This document shows, piece after piece, positions 38,966-48,547 of a stretch of 64,000 nucleotides of DNA (within the stretch, counting starts at the first letter, position 1; each line of letters begins with the position of its first letter). Both the position numbers and the translations under genes were made by a program. The stretch comes from Desulfosoma sp. GTDB taxonomy: Bacteria > Desulfobacterota > Syntrophobacteria > Syntrophobacterales > DSM-9756. Location: contig JBBFKW010000010.1 of assembly GCA_037481835.1 (NCBI GenBank), positions 1 through 64,000 on the forward strand. The letters are read 5' to 3'. The notes under the pieces are model-generated. The model was not told the origin of the DNA, ran no database searches, and saw nothing but the letters and a program-made list of their open reading frames with translations.

Positions 38966-39331
38966 TTAGGAGCCCGTATGCTGCCGGTGCCGATTGCGTG
39001 CGTGCAGGTAGAAGGCTATGCCGAAAACACCCAAAATGTAGCCGATCCCCCCCACGATGTCTTTCAAGTCCGGCTCGTTCAGGGCGACCTTCAGGGCGGC
39101 AATTTCCCTTTTGACGGCGCGCAACTCCTGAGCCATTTCCCGCTGCTGGGCCTGGATCGCTTCGAGGATCCGAACCGCCTCGCCGGTCCCTTTTTCCGCG
39201 TCCGCGCCGCCGGCCGAGGCTACGGCTTCATGGGCTTTGGGCGGCGCCGTCCCAGGCTCCGCCGCCAACACCGGCCCCCCTGCAAGGCCGGCGCACATCA
39301 AGAACATGGCGAGCACAAGGCGAACCTTCAT
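38966..39331 (-). CDS. Accessory Ni/Co transport membrane protein (CbiL/NikL C-terminal-like)
   Basis: Signal peptide, coiled coil, DIVGGIGYILGVFG TM helix. Confidence 0.7.
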   Translation of the reverse strand: MKVRLVLAMFLMCAGLAGGPVLAAEPGTAPPKAHEAVASAGGADAEKGTGEAVRILEAIQAQQREMAQELRAVKREIAALKVALNEPDLKDIVGGIGYILGVFGIAFYLHARNRHRQHTGS

Positions 39332-39342
39332 GGCGGAGCCCC

Positions 39343-39696
39343 TCACAGATCGCTCTTTTTCAGCGTGGCCACAGCCCGGTGTCCCATGGAAGCATTCACT
39401 TCGATGGTCAAATCCGTTTTCTCGGAAGGCGCGGGAAATTGGGCGCGCCCTTCCTTGTCGGTGGTTCCCTCGAAGATTTTGGCCCCCTTCGGGTCGGTGA
39501 CGCTCACCGTCCCCTGGACCACCGGAGAACCATCGGGAAAATAGCTTTCCACGAAAACGGTCCCCCCTTCCGCATAAGCGAAGACGTTCACCTTATGGGC
39601 CCAGGCCCCAACGGAAGGAAAACACGCCACAAAGACCCCCAAGACAACCGCCGAGACAGCCTTCCAAAAGAAAATTCCAGACTTTGTAGCCATCAT
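39343..39696 (-). CDS. Accessory periplasmic Ni/Co transport protein (CbiL/NikK N-terminal-like)
   Basis: Signal peptide ending AWA-HKVNVFAYAEG; YFPDG; GTTDKEG; MGHRA. Confidence 0.75.
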   Translation of the reverse strand: MMATKSGIFFWKAVSAVVLGVFVACFPSVGAWAHKVNVFAYAEGGTVFVESYFPDGSPVVQGTVSVTDPKGAKIFEGTTDKEGRAQFPAPSEKTDLTIEVNASMGHRAVATLKKSDL

Positions 39697-39719
39697 CGCC
39701 CCTTCTCCTTCGTCCAGGA

Positions 39720-39856
39720 AACAAAAGGCCGAACGTCTCCTCTAGACGTCGGCCTTCGTGACCGCCCTACCCAGGGTTGGCTTTCAGCCCGAAAATGCGC
39801 GCTTCAGCGCCCATTCATGACAACCGCACCATAATCCCCTCGGCGAGCGCCGTCAA
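39720..39856 (-). promoter_or_regulatory. Promoter and structured leader with intrinsic terminator (candidate riboswitch/attenuator) of the cbi/nik operon
   Basis: TTGACG-N17-TATGGT (39856-39828); three small hairpins in 39821-39757; terminator AAGGCCGACGTCT-AGAGG-AGACGTTCGGCCTTTT (39756-39723). Confidence 0.65.
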
Positions 39857-39944
39857 GCCGGTTCAAAACCATCCAGCGGCTCCAGGCGATCGGATATTTT
39901 TGATCCAGACCCCTGGATCCCCTGCCCCTCAACGTCCGCCTTTA

Positions 39945-41021
39945 ATGCCCATCGCGGCCCGTTGCGGAAAAAATCGCGGCACGCCCCTTAGCGCTCAGAC
40001 CCAGGATTCACCCCTTCCCACCGTAGCCGTGGTCAGCCCCAAACCGGCCCAACCGGCCTCCCCCCTTCTCAGCGCAGAAGTCAAGCCGGTCCAGGAAGCG
40101 CCCATCTATGCCCGGGCCAATGGGTACCTCAAGCGCCGGTATGTGGACATGGGCGATGCGGTCCATGAAGGGCAACTTCTGGCGGAAATCGATGCGCCCG
40201 AATTGCTCCAGGAACTGCAGCGGGCTCGAGCCCAGCTCGCCCAGGCTGAGGCCGCTTTGGAACTGGCCCGAGTCACCGCGCAGCGTTGGGCCGAGCTCGT
40301 AAAAACCGCCAGCGTCAGCGAGCAGGAAAACGCGGAAAAACAAGCGGACCACCGGTTGAAGAAAGCCAATGCGGCGGCGGCCCGAGCAGAAGTGCAGCGC
40401 CTGGAGCAGATGGTGTCCTACACTCGGATCACTGCCCCCTTCCCCGGGGTCATCGCGAGCCGAAATGTGGATGTGGGGGATTTGATCGTCGCCGGGGCCG
40501 CCAAGGCCCTCTTCCGGCTCGCCCAAACCCAACGCTTGACTGTTTCCGTCCAGGTGCCCCAGCACATGGCTCGGGACATCCGGGTCGGGCAGGAGGCTGA
40601 AATGACTGTTGCGGAACTCCGCGGCCGGACCTTCCATCCTCGCGTGGTGCGTACGGCGGGCGTCATCGCCGCGGATTCCCGCACGTTCTTGGTGGAACTG
40701 GAACTGGACAATCCCGGCGGTGAGGTGCTGGCCGGGAGCTACGCCCAGGTTTTGTTCAAGGAAGCGGGCGCGCCGCCCGCCTTGACCCTTCCGACCCGGG
40801 CAGTGCTTTTTCGACCTGAAGGAGCCCGAGTTGCCGTTTTCGGAGAGCTGGGCGTTGTGGAGCTTCGCGCCGTGACCCTGGGCCGGGACTTCGGCCAAAC
40901 GATGGAGATTTTGAGCGGCCTCAACGCCACGGACCGGGTCGTCGCCAATCCTCCCGATTTCCTGGAAGCCGGCGTCAAGGTGCGTGCAGCCACGGCGGAC
41001 GATAAGGAGAAAAGCCGATGA
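39945..41021 (+). CDS. Efflux periplasmic adaptor (MFP), apparently lacking its N-terminal anchor
   Basis: IYARANGYL...DMGDAV..GQLLAEID lipoyl motif, ITAPFPG; no TM helix before the conserved core. Confidence 0.75.
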   Translation: MPIAARCGKNRGTPLSAQTQDSPLPTVAVVSPKPAQPASPLLSAEVKPVQEAPIYARANGYLKRRYVDMGDAVHEGQLLAEIDAPELLQELQRARAQLAQAEAALELARVTAQRWAELVKTASVSEQENAEKQADHRLKKANAAAARAEVQRLEQMVSYTRITAPFPGVIASRNVDVGDLIVAGAAKALFRLAQTQRLTVSVQVPQHMARDIRVGQEAEMTVAELRGRTFHPRVVRTAGVIAADSRTFLVELELDNPGGEVLAGSYAQVLFKEAGAPPALTLPTRAVLFRPEGARVAVFGELGVVELRAVTLGRDFGQTMEILSGLNATDRVVANPPDFLEAGVKVRAATADDKEKSR

Positions 41022-42553
41022 AGAGTCTTGTGGAGGGCGGCGAACGGTCGCGGGCGAAACGGTTTTTGGGGATTTTCTGGGCGGGGCTGAGCGCCGTGAT
41101 CCTCATGGGCGGCTGCACCGTGGGACCCAACTATCGACGACCCGAAGCCACGGCGGTCCCCCAGGCTTACAGCAGAATCCCAGAGGGGTGGAAGATGGCC
41201 GAGCCCCAAGCGCATCTGCCCAAAGGGCGGTGGTGGGAAATTTTTGGAGATTCCGAGCTGAACCGGCTGGAAAACCAAGCCCAGGCCGCCAATCAGAACC
41301 TCAAAGCCGCCTACGCCCGTTTCGCCCAAGCGCGCGCCGTCGCGGACGCGGCCCGATCCGGCCTGTTCCCCCGCCTGGGGGCTTCCTTTCAGGCCCTGGA
41401 ACAGCACGACTCGGAAAACCGCCCCGTCGGCGGAAAGCGGGGGCAAACCTACGATGTTTTCACTGTGCCCTTTGATCTGAGCTACGAAGTGGACTTATGG
41501 GGGCGGGTTCGCCGCTCCGCGGAATCCGCCTCCGCCCAGGCGGAAGCCTTCGCTGATGACGCCGAAGCCGTCAAATTGTCCATCCAGGCGGAAGCGGCCG
41601 CCGACTACTTCACGATCCGGACGCTGGACGCCGACAGGGCTCTGCTTCTTTCCACGATCGACGTGTACCAAAAGTCATTGGAACTGGTCCGCAACCGCCG
41701 CTCGGGCGGCGTAGCCTCCGACTTGGACGTCGCCCAGGCGGAAACCGTTTTGAAAACCGCAAGGGCCCAGGTTTCAGACAACGCCCTGCAAAGGGCCAAG
41801 TTCGAAACGGCCTTGGCCGTACTCCTGGGACAAAACCCGTCCCTTTTCCACCTGGTCGAGGCGCCCTTGGATCTGGGGCCTCCCGTCGCCCCCGACCCGG
41901 GACTGCCCAGTGCCCTTCTGGAACGCCGTCCCGACATCGCCGCTTCGGAACGGCGCATGGCCGCCGCCAACGCCCAGATCGGCACGGCCACGGCCGCTTT
42001 TTTCCCCACGATCAAATTGGGCCTAACCACCGGGTTCTGGAGCGGGGCTTTGGGGTCCGATAGGGACCTGAGCACCTTATTCGAAAAATCCAGTCAGTTT
42101 TGGATCGTCAATCCCGCCCTGATCCTTCCCGTCATTCAAGGAGGCCAGCTGAGCGCCAACCTCCGGCAGGCCAAGGCGGCCTATGAAGAAGCCGTGGCTC
42201 GGTATCGGCAGACGGTCCTGGCGGCTTTTGCGGAGGTGGAAAGCAGCCTGGCGGCGGTGCACCACTTGGCCCGGCAATATGACGACCTGCGGGACGCCCT
42301 GGTGTCGGCCCGCACGCAGCTGGATGTGGCCCATCATCGGTATGTGGCCGGCCTGGTGACGTATCTGCAGGTGGCGACGGCCCAAAACACGTCTTTGGGA
42401 ATCGAGCGCTCCGCCTTGCGCCTGCGAGGCCAGCAGCTGGTGGCCACGGTGGGATTGATCAAGGCGTTGGGCGCAGGGTGGGAGTCCCCTTCGTCCGTTC
42501 CCCCGAAGCAAAACGACGGACAATTTCAGCCACAGGACCCGAACGATCACTGA
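41018..42553 (+). CDS. NodT/OprM-family outer membrane efflux lipoprotein
   Basis: Lipobox LMGGC-TVGPNY.RP, YEVDLWGRVRR, PSALLERRPDIAASE, KALGAGW. Confidence 0.92.
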   Translation: MKSLVEGGERSRAKRFLGIFWAGLSAVILMGGCTVGPNYRRPEATAVPQAYSRIPEGWKMAEPQAHLPKGRWWEIFGDSELNRLENQAQAANQNLKAAYARFAQARAVADAARSGLFPRLGASFQALEQHDSENRPVGGKRGQTYDVFTVPFDLSYEVDLWGRVRRSAESASAQAEAFADDAEAVKLSIQAEAAADYFTIRTLDADRALLLSTIDVYQKSLELVRNRRSGGVASDLDVAQAETVLKTARAQVSDNALQRAKFETALAVLLGQNPSLFHLVEAPLDLGPPVAPDPGLPSALLERRPDIAASERRMAAANAQIGTATAAFFPTIKLGLTTGFWSGALGSDRDLSTLFEKSSQFWIVNPALILPVIQGGQLSANLRQAKAAYEEAVARYRQTVLAAFAEVESSLAAVHHLARQYDDLRDALVSARTQLDVAHHRYVAGLVTYLQVATAQNTSLGIERSALRLRGQQLVATVGLIKALGAGWESPSSVPPKQNDGQFQPQDPNDH

Positions 42554-42830
42554 GCACCCGGACGCCGCGCCTTTCCAGCAGGACCCGAGCCCGTTCCTCG
42601 ATGGCTCCGCACACGAAGACTTGCACGCCCAGGGCCAACACCTTTTCCAGCTTCTGCTGCACGGGCTGTTCCGCCACGTCGAGAGGCATGCGAAGGCGCA
42701 CACGGCCCTTGTGGAAGACGCACAGGAGGATTTCCCGCGCCGTGGCGAAATGGGGCGCGATATCGGACCCGAAGCTGGGGATGGCCACCTTGAGGAAACC
42801 CTGTTGGGAGGGTGTCGTCGTCTCGGGCAT
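42459..42830 (-). CDS. NifB/NifX-family Fe-Mo cofactor-binding domain protein
   Basis: KVAIPSFGSDIAPHF, GVQVFVCGAI. Confidence 0.75.
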   Translation of the reverse strand: MPETTTPSQQGFLKVAIPSFGSDIAPHFATAREILLCVFHKGRVRLRMPLDVAEQPVQQKLEKVLALGVQVFVCGAIEERARVLLERRGVRVLSDRSGPVAEIVRRFASGERTKGTPTLRPTP

Positions 42831-42842
42831 GGAGCCCTCCGG

Positions 42843-44225
42843 TTATGAGATGCCGTAGCGCTTCATCTTGCGCCACAGCGTCGCTCGGCTGATGCCCAGT
42901 TCACGAGCCGCTTCCACGCGATTGCCGTGGACCTTGCGCAGCACCCAGCGGATGGTGCGTTCTTCGGACGAGGCCAAAAGGGAGGCCTCGGGCCGTTCCC
43001 GGCGCCGGCTTCGCACTTTGCCCACCACATCCATGGGCAAATGCTTCACTTCAATGACAGGGCCGGAACACAGGACGCACGCATGTTCGATGATGTTTTC
43101 CAGTTCGCGCACGTTCCCGGGAAAGTCATAGTTCATCAGCAGACTCAAGGCCGGTTCGGAAATCTCGCGGATGTTTTTCCCGCACACGGCATTGTATTTT
43201 TTCAGCATGTGGCGGGCCAGCAAAGGGATGTCTTCCCGGCGCTCCGCCAGCGTGGGCAGCCGGATGCCGATGACATTCAGCCGGTAGAAGAGGTCGCCTC
43301 GAAAGGCGCCTTCCTCAACCTTGCGCTCTAGGTCCACGTTGCTGGCCGCCACAATGCGCACATCGGCGGACACGGGTTCCGTCGCGCCCAATGGGACGAA
43401 AACCCGTTCTTCCAAGAATCGCAGGAGCTTCACCTGGAGCGCGCCGGACATGCACCCCACTTCGTCGAGAAAGAGCGTGCCGCCGGCTGCGGTCTGCAAC
43501 CGCCCCGGCTTGTCTTTCTTGGCATCCGTAAAGGCCCCCTTGCGATAGCCGAAAAGCTCGGATTCCAACAGAGGGTCCGGGATGGCCCCGCAGTTGAGCT
43601 TCACGAAGGGACCGTCGCGGCGGGGGCTGAGCTGGTGGATGATGCGGGCGAGCATACTCTTGCCCGTGCCGCTTTCCCCCTGGATCAAGACCGTGCTGGG
43701 GCTTTCGGCCACCACCGGAAGAAGCTCGAGAATTTCCTGCATGAGCGGGTTCTTGCTGACGACCTCGCCGAAGTGGTAGGAATCGTGGAGGACCTTGCGC
43801 AAGTCCTCCTCCACGCTGCAATCCCGCACCACTTCCACCGCCGCCACGACCCGCCCCTGCGCATCCTTAATGGGGGAGACCGAAACGCACACGGGTACTT
43901 CCCGGTGATCCCGGGTGACGATCCGCGCCGGTCGATCCCGAACCCCCTCCCCGCTCTGAAAGACGACGTCCAAAGGGCATTGGGTCTGGCACAGGTTGGA
44001 ACGCAAGATGTCATAACAGGTTCGGCCCAGGGCCTCGTCCACACGAAAACCCGTGAGGCGTTCCGCCGCATGATTAAAGAACCCTTCAATGCGCCGATCC
44101 CGACCCACCACGAAGACTCCGTCACCGATACTGTTCATGATCAAACAGCAGGTGTGCCCGTTTTCCGTCACGCCGCAGAGGGACGGGGCCCCTGCGGGCA
44201 AGCCCTCTTCATCCCGTCCGTTCAT
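42843..44225 (-). CDS. PAS-domain sigma54-dependent Fis-family activator
   Basis: PAS with C-x6-C-x3-CP, GESGTGKS, ESELFG..KGAFTDA, FPGNVREL, Fis HTH. Confidence 0.93.
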   Translation of the reverse strand: MNGRDEEGLPAGAPSLCGVTENGHTCCLIMNSIGDGVFVVGRDRRIEGFFNHAAERLTGFRVDEALGRTCYDILRSNLCQTQCPLDVVFQSGEGVRDRPARIVTRDHREVPVCVSVSPIKDAQGRVVAAVEVVRDCSVEEDLRKVLHDSYHFGEVVSKNPLMQEILELLPVVAESPSTVLIQGESGTGKSMLARIIHQLSPRRDGPFVKLNCGAIPDPLLESELFGYRKGAFTDAKKDKPGRLQTAAGGTLFLDEVGCMSGALQVKLLRFLEERVFVPLGATEPVSADVRIVAASNVDLERKVEEGAFRGDLFYRLNVIGIRLPTLAERREDIPLLARHMLKKYNAVCGKNIREISEPALSLLMNYDFPGNVRELENIIEHACVLCSGPVIEVKHLPMDVVGKVRSRRRERPEASLLASSEERTIRWVLRKVHGNRVEAARELGISRATLWRKMKRYGIS

Positions 44226-44272
44226 GACATGCCGCCTTCTTTGCTTGGGATGTTCGAAGACGTTCCGCTCCT

Positions 44273-46300
44273 TCAGGCGCCGTCCCGGGCGAGAAGGGCG
44301 GCCCCCAAGGCACCGATGATCTGCGGCTCCGGGGCCGTGGCAATGCGCCCTCCCAAGCGGCGTTCCAAGGCCTTGACGACCCCGGCGTTCTTGGCCACCC
44401 CCCCGGTCATGGCCACCACGGGCCGACGCCCGACCTTTTTCAGCAAGGCCGCGGTCCTTTCCGCCACACTCTCGCAAATGCCCCGGCAGATGGCCTCCAC
44501 CGGGTGCCCTTCCGCAATGTGGGACACCACCTCGCTTTCCGCAAAGACGGAACAGACCGAACTGATGGGCACGGCTCGAGACGCCCCGGCGCCCAAATCA
44601 CTCAAATCCTCGATGTCCATCTCCAGGGCTCGAGCCATGAGTTCCAGGAACCGGCCGGTTCCCGCGGCGCACTTGTCGTTCATGAGGAAGTTTTCCACCT
44701 CGCCCTTGTCGTTGACCGCAATGGCCTTGGTGTCCTGTCCCCCGATATCGATGATGGTGCGCACGTCGGGAAACAGATGCCACATGCCCCGCGCATGGCA
44801 CGTGATCTCGGTTATCTGCTCGTCGGCGAAATCCACCACTTTGCGGCCGTAACCCGTCGCCACGCACCGGCGCACGGACCCGTAGCGTCGGCTCACCTCA
44901 TGGAGGAACCCCTCAAGGGATGCCGCCGCCCGGCGGGCGCTGGCGCCGGTGGCGTTCATGACATGGGCCACCATGCGCCCCTGCGAGTCCACCACAACGG
45001 CCTTGGCCGTCATGGAGCCGATGTCGATCCCGGCAAAAAGCCCGTCGGACGATAGGCTCGTTTTCCGAACCTTTCCCGAACGCCTCTTCAAGAGTTCCAC
45101 GAAACCCTCCAATCGCGTCCGCGTCGGCCCTTCCGCATAACTGCGGCTGTCGATGCAATCCCCGTCAAGATCCAGGAACGGAACGCCGAACCGTTCCAGG
45201 AGTTCCGCCACAGCCCGGACGCCGCCCTGGCCCTGACGGCATCCCCAATGGGAAAAATGGACCACCCCGTCGGGCCTGGCCGAGCGCACCATGCATTCCA
45301 CCATGCGCAGCCGCCTGTCCACGGGCCCCAGCCCGGGATTCTGGAGCATCTTGACCGCCAGGCTCTCGTAAGGACGCTGCGGGTCCAAGGGATCCCAGAA
45401 GACGTGGGTGAGCTCATCCAACACGGGCCACAGGTTGAGCGTCCGTTCCATGAAGGGGACAAAATTCCCCTTGAAGTAGGGAAAGGTCAAGAGCCACACA
45501 AGTCGGAACCCGACACGGCCGGTATTCCCCTGGAGCGACGCCCGATGGATCTCTTCAGCAAGGTATTCCAAGAGCCGCGGCAGCTGCGGCAGACCGAGCA
45601 TGAGTTGCGCCTGGATCAAGGCCGTGCTCACGTCCTTTCCGCACACGCCGGCCGGCGCCGCCGCTCGCAACTGGTTCAGCCGAACCATGACGTCCCGGGC
45701 GGCGTTGCTGAAGCCGAAAACGCGTTCCCAGTCGTCCCGGCCGAGCTTTTTTCCGCTCAACGCCGACAAAACCGCGTCCGCACCCTCGATCTGCCGTTCC
45801 AGATAGACTCGGGCCTCGGGGGTATCCTCCTGGGGAACATCCAGGACGATGAAAGGAACCCCCAGACGCGCCGCCACTTCTTCCAAGGCCTTGCACTGGG
45901 TGTCGCACAGATGGGTCGTGGCCGCCACCGCGTCCAACGAGGGCAGGTACCCTTTCAAGAAGGCGGCCATGGCGGCCCGGTGAAAAGTGCAGCTTTCCAC
46001 GGGGAAGCCTTCCCCGTCCACGACGCCGAGGGCGTTTTTTTCAAGCCCCGTGGAAGCCAAGGCCGACGCCACGAACTCACCGAACATGGGCGTCATGCCG
46101 TGGGCGTGAAGCATTTCCACGGGAAAGAAAAAGCCCGCCAGCACCGTAGGTTTCTTTTTCGAATACAACGCGGCCAGAAGACGCAGGGTTTCATAGTGCA
46201 GGGCATCGAGAGCGGAACTCCCGGTGATAGCCCTCAGTTTTTCCACGGTGAGCAAACCTCTGGCCGCCAGCGGCATCAAGAAACGCTCAGCGTCCCGCAT
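44273..46300 (-). CDS. 2-hydroxyacyl-CoA dehydratase subunit fused to a BadF/BadG-type ASKHA activase
   Basis: N: ESCTFH, HLCD, HWGCRQ, DGDC..TRLEGF; C: GIDIGSMTAK, TGYGR, EITCHA, DIGGQDTK, MNDKCAAGTGRF. Confidence 0.9.
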   Translation of the reverse strand: MRDAERFLMPLAARGLLTVEKLRAITGSSALDALHYETLRLLAALYSKKKPTVLAGFFFPVEMLHAHGMTPMFGEFVASALASTGLEKNALGVVDGEGFPVESCTFHRAAMAAFLKGYLPSLDAVAATTHLCDTQCKALEEVAARLGVPFIVLDVPQEDTPEARVYLERQIEGADAVLSALSGKKLGRDDWERVFGFSNAARDVMVRLNQLRAAAPAGVCGKDVSTALIQAQLMLGLPQLPRLLEYLAEEIHRASLQGNTGRVGFRLVWLLTFPYFKGNFVPFMERTLNLWPVLDELTHVFWDPLDPQRPYESLAVKMLQNPGLGPVDRRLRMVECMVRSARPDGVVHFSHWGCRQGQGGVRAVAELLERFGVPFLDLDGDCIDSRSYAEGPTRTRLEGFVELLKRRSGKVRKTSLSSDGLFAGIDIGSMTAKAVVVDSQGRMVAHVMNATGASARRAAASLEGFLHEVSRRYGSVRRCVATGYGRKVVDFADEQITEITCHARGMWHLFPDVRTIIDIGGQDTKAIAVNDKGEVENFLMNDKCAAGTGRFLELMARALEMDIEDLSDLGAGASRAVPISSVCSVFAESEVVSHIAEGHPVEAICRGICESVAERTAALLKKVGRRPVVAMTGGVAKNAGVVKALERRLGGRIATAPEPQIIGALGAALLARDGA

Positions 46301-47438
46301 GAGTTTCCTTCCCCGCCCCCGTTGCCGGATCTCCTCGCGCATGGATCATTTCCACAAAGGCCTGCACCCGGGTTTCCATCTGCCCCCATGAAGCCGCCGA
46401 TCCGTCCCGTTCCACATGCAAAAACGGGATGTTTTCCTGCTCCATCACGGCGCTCAGGCGCGGGAGGCGCCATCGCACCATGTCGCAAAACTTCAGAGTC
46501 GGAAAAACGACCCCGTCCGCCTGGGTTCTTCGGACCACGGCCCGGATGTGCTCAACAAAACCCATGGCCTCAACGCGCCGGGCACAGGGCGCGCGGTTTA
46601 GATACCGGCGTGCCACGGCCCGCAGCGGATCCCCGGTTTCCGAGGTGAGCGTATCGAAATGGCGTGTGCCGGTGCACAGCGTATCGGCCACGACCCGGGT
46701 CCCGCACGATTCCACGAGTCGAACGAGCATGGGCGCATCCGCCGCGCATCCCCCCAGGACAAGGCGGGGCGGCGTCCCGGATTCGTCCCAGGATTCGTCT
46801 TCGCGATTTTCCTCGGAGGCGCACAGCGCGGCGCTTTCGGCAAGAAAACGCTTCTTGTCATCCACGAAAGCCTTGACCAGCCAGTGCGCGTAGTCGGTCC
46901 CGGAAATCCGCGGTTTCGGCAAGGATCGCACCGCGTCCAGCGCCCGCACCCTGCGGCGCGTTTCGTTCAGGATCGCCACCCCATGGCGAAGATCGGCCTC
47001 CGTCATGGGCCGCCCTGAAAGTCCCTCCAGGTACGCCGCCAGCCTTCTCAGAACGTCCACCCAGTAGCTTTCCGCCGCCGGCCCGGTGGCGAAGGGAAAA
47101 TCGAGCCGATACACGGGCGGCGCCTTGACGTGACGCTCCCACACGTCCGCAAGGCGCCTCATGGCATCACAGGAGTTCACCACCACGACGGCCGCCATGT
47201 GCCGGAAGGCGCCCGTGAGGGCGGCTTGGAGCACCCCGTGGACATAGGCGCAAAAGGTGGTGGGCAACACCGCTTCGGATTCTTCCCCTCGCGCTTCAAA
47301 ACCATAGAGGCGCTGCGGGAGAAAGCCGGCTGCAAGGAGAAGCTCTTCCGGCGTCGCCGAGCAGAGCCACCCCACCACAGGAGCGGTTCGAGAATCATGG
47401 GATTGGAAGACGTGACCGTGCCACAAATGGTTTTTCAT
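46287..47438 (-). CDS. 2-hydroxyacyl-CoA dehydratase family subunit (HgdB/FldC-like)
   Basis: VGWLCSATPEELL, FCAYV, NSCDAMRR, LCTG.R, KFCD, TRVQAFVEMI. Confidence 0.88.
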   Translation of the reverse strand: MKNHLWHGHVFQSHDSRTAPVVGWLCSATPEELLLAAGFLPQRLYGFEARGEESEAVLPTTFCAYVHGVLQAALTGAFRHMAAVVVVNSCDAMRRLADVWERHVKAPPVYRLDFPFATGPAAESYWVDVLRRLAAYLEGLSGRPMTEADLRHGVAILNETRRRVRALDAVRSLPKPRISGTDYAHWLVKAFVDDKKRFLAESAALCASEENREDESWDESGTPPRLVLGGCAADAPMLVRLVESCGTRVVADTLCTGTRHFDTLTSETGDPLRAVARRYLNRAPCARRVEAMGFVEHIRAVVRRTQADGVVFPTLKFCDMVRWRLPRLSAVMEQENIPFLHVERDGSAASWGQMETRVQAFVEMIHARGDPATGAGKETHAGR

Positions 47439-47569
47439 TGGCTATTTACGAAGCGTCCCTCTGATCCGATCCATGCAGTTCGACCCACGCCGCCACCACT
47501 CTGCGATAGGTTTCCGAAACGTTGTCATCGTCAGTCAAAATCCCTGCCAGTCGCAGCTGAGAGGCCGCC

Positions 47570-48547
47570 TCATCGAACACCATGGGCCGTGCCCTCCTGC
47601 CAGCCCCCTTTCTCGGCGCTTAAGGTTCGCAATCCCCGCAGGTAGGCCACATACGCCTTTCGGAGGAAAGGCCCAAAGCGCTTGGAAAGGGGGCGCTTCC
47701 CGTGTCGCGTATAATCTTTCAAAGCCCGGAGGATCGCCCCATCGCTCCAGCCGAGCCGCAGCCCCCTCAGCACCCGGTCCACCAGTTCGTACGGCCCGAG
47801 GAAATGTTCGTCGCGAACCCCGCCGAAACCCGGCGACGGGCTTTGCTCGATGATGTCCCGGGGCAGCCTGAGAAAACGGGCGAGACGCCGCACTTCTCCC
47901 TTGTCCAGATCCGCCAGTGGAGCCCAGTGACCGAAACGGGCGTCGTCGACGCCGCCTTCCACGAAATAGCCCAGTTCCCGTTCCGTTCGGTTGGCGCAGT
48001 TGACAATGGCCGCCCCCCGTCTGGCCGCGATGGTTTCCAGCACCGCCTTTCGCACCCGGTGGGCCGTGAGGAGCCGCTCGTAATGCCGCCGCATCCACGA
48101 AGAGTTCGGGGACCCCTTCACCCGAAGGACCAAGGCCCAGAGCACAGGCTTGGGGGCCAGTCGAGCAAGGAGCTGCAGCCCGAACTGCGTCGTCCAATAG
48201 GGAGGGAGCCTCAGAGGCTTTTCCCGATCGGCCGCCTCGGCCGTGATATCCACGGTGATGAGTTCCGCCCCGAGTCCCTCATAAAAACGCGGATGATAGT
48301 GTTCGCCCCGCACGCGCCCATCGATCATTTGCACCGCCAGAGTCGGAACTCCACAGGCCGTGCACAGGGCCGCGCACGTTGCGCTGTCCACTCCGCCGCT
48401 TGCCCCCAAGGCCACGGCCCCAAAAGGTCCCCGGAAAACCCCCTCGCGGATCTTCCGGCACCAGCAAGCCACAAAAGCCGCTTCCCACAGCCGCCCGCCC
48501 GCCTCGACGGCCGGCCCCTCCCCCCACACCGCCTCATCCCGCCTCAT
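47570..48547 (-). CDS. NadE-like N-type ATP pyrophosphatase (divergent NAD synthetase family)
   Basis: SGGVDS PP-loop, NRTERELGYF, PLADLDKGEVRRLA, PSPG; no glutaminase domain. Confidence 0.75.
   Translation of the reverse strand: MRRDEAVWGEGPAVEAGGRLWEAAFVACWCRKIREGVFRGPFGAVALGASGGVDSATCAALCTACGVPTLAVQMIDGRVRGEHYHPRFYEGLGAELITVDITAEAADREKPLRLPPYWTTQFGLQLLARLAPKPVLWALVLRVKGSPNSSWMRRHYERLLTAHRVRKAVLETIAARRGAAIVNCANRTERELGYFVEGGVDDARFGHWAPLADLDKGEVRRLARFLRLPRDIIEQSPSPGFGGVRDEHFLGPYELVDRVLRGLRLGWSDGAILRALKDYTRHGKRPLSKRFGPFLRKAYVAYLRGLRTLSAEKGGWQEGTAHGVR

Noticed and set aside
39720..39830. Cobalamin riboswitch upstream of cbiM operon
   Set aside because: The leader is too short and lacks the B12-box elements; reported instead as an unassigned candidate.
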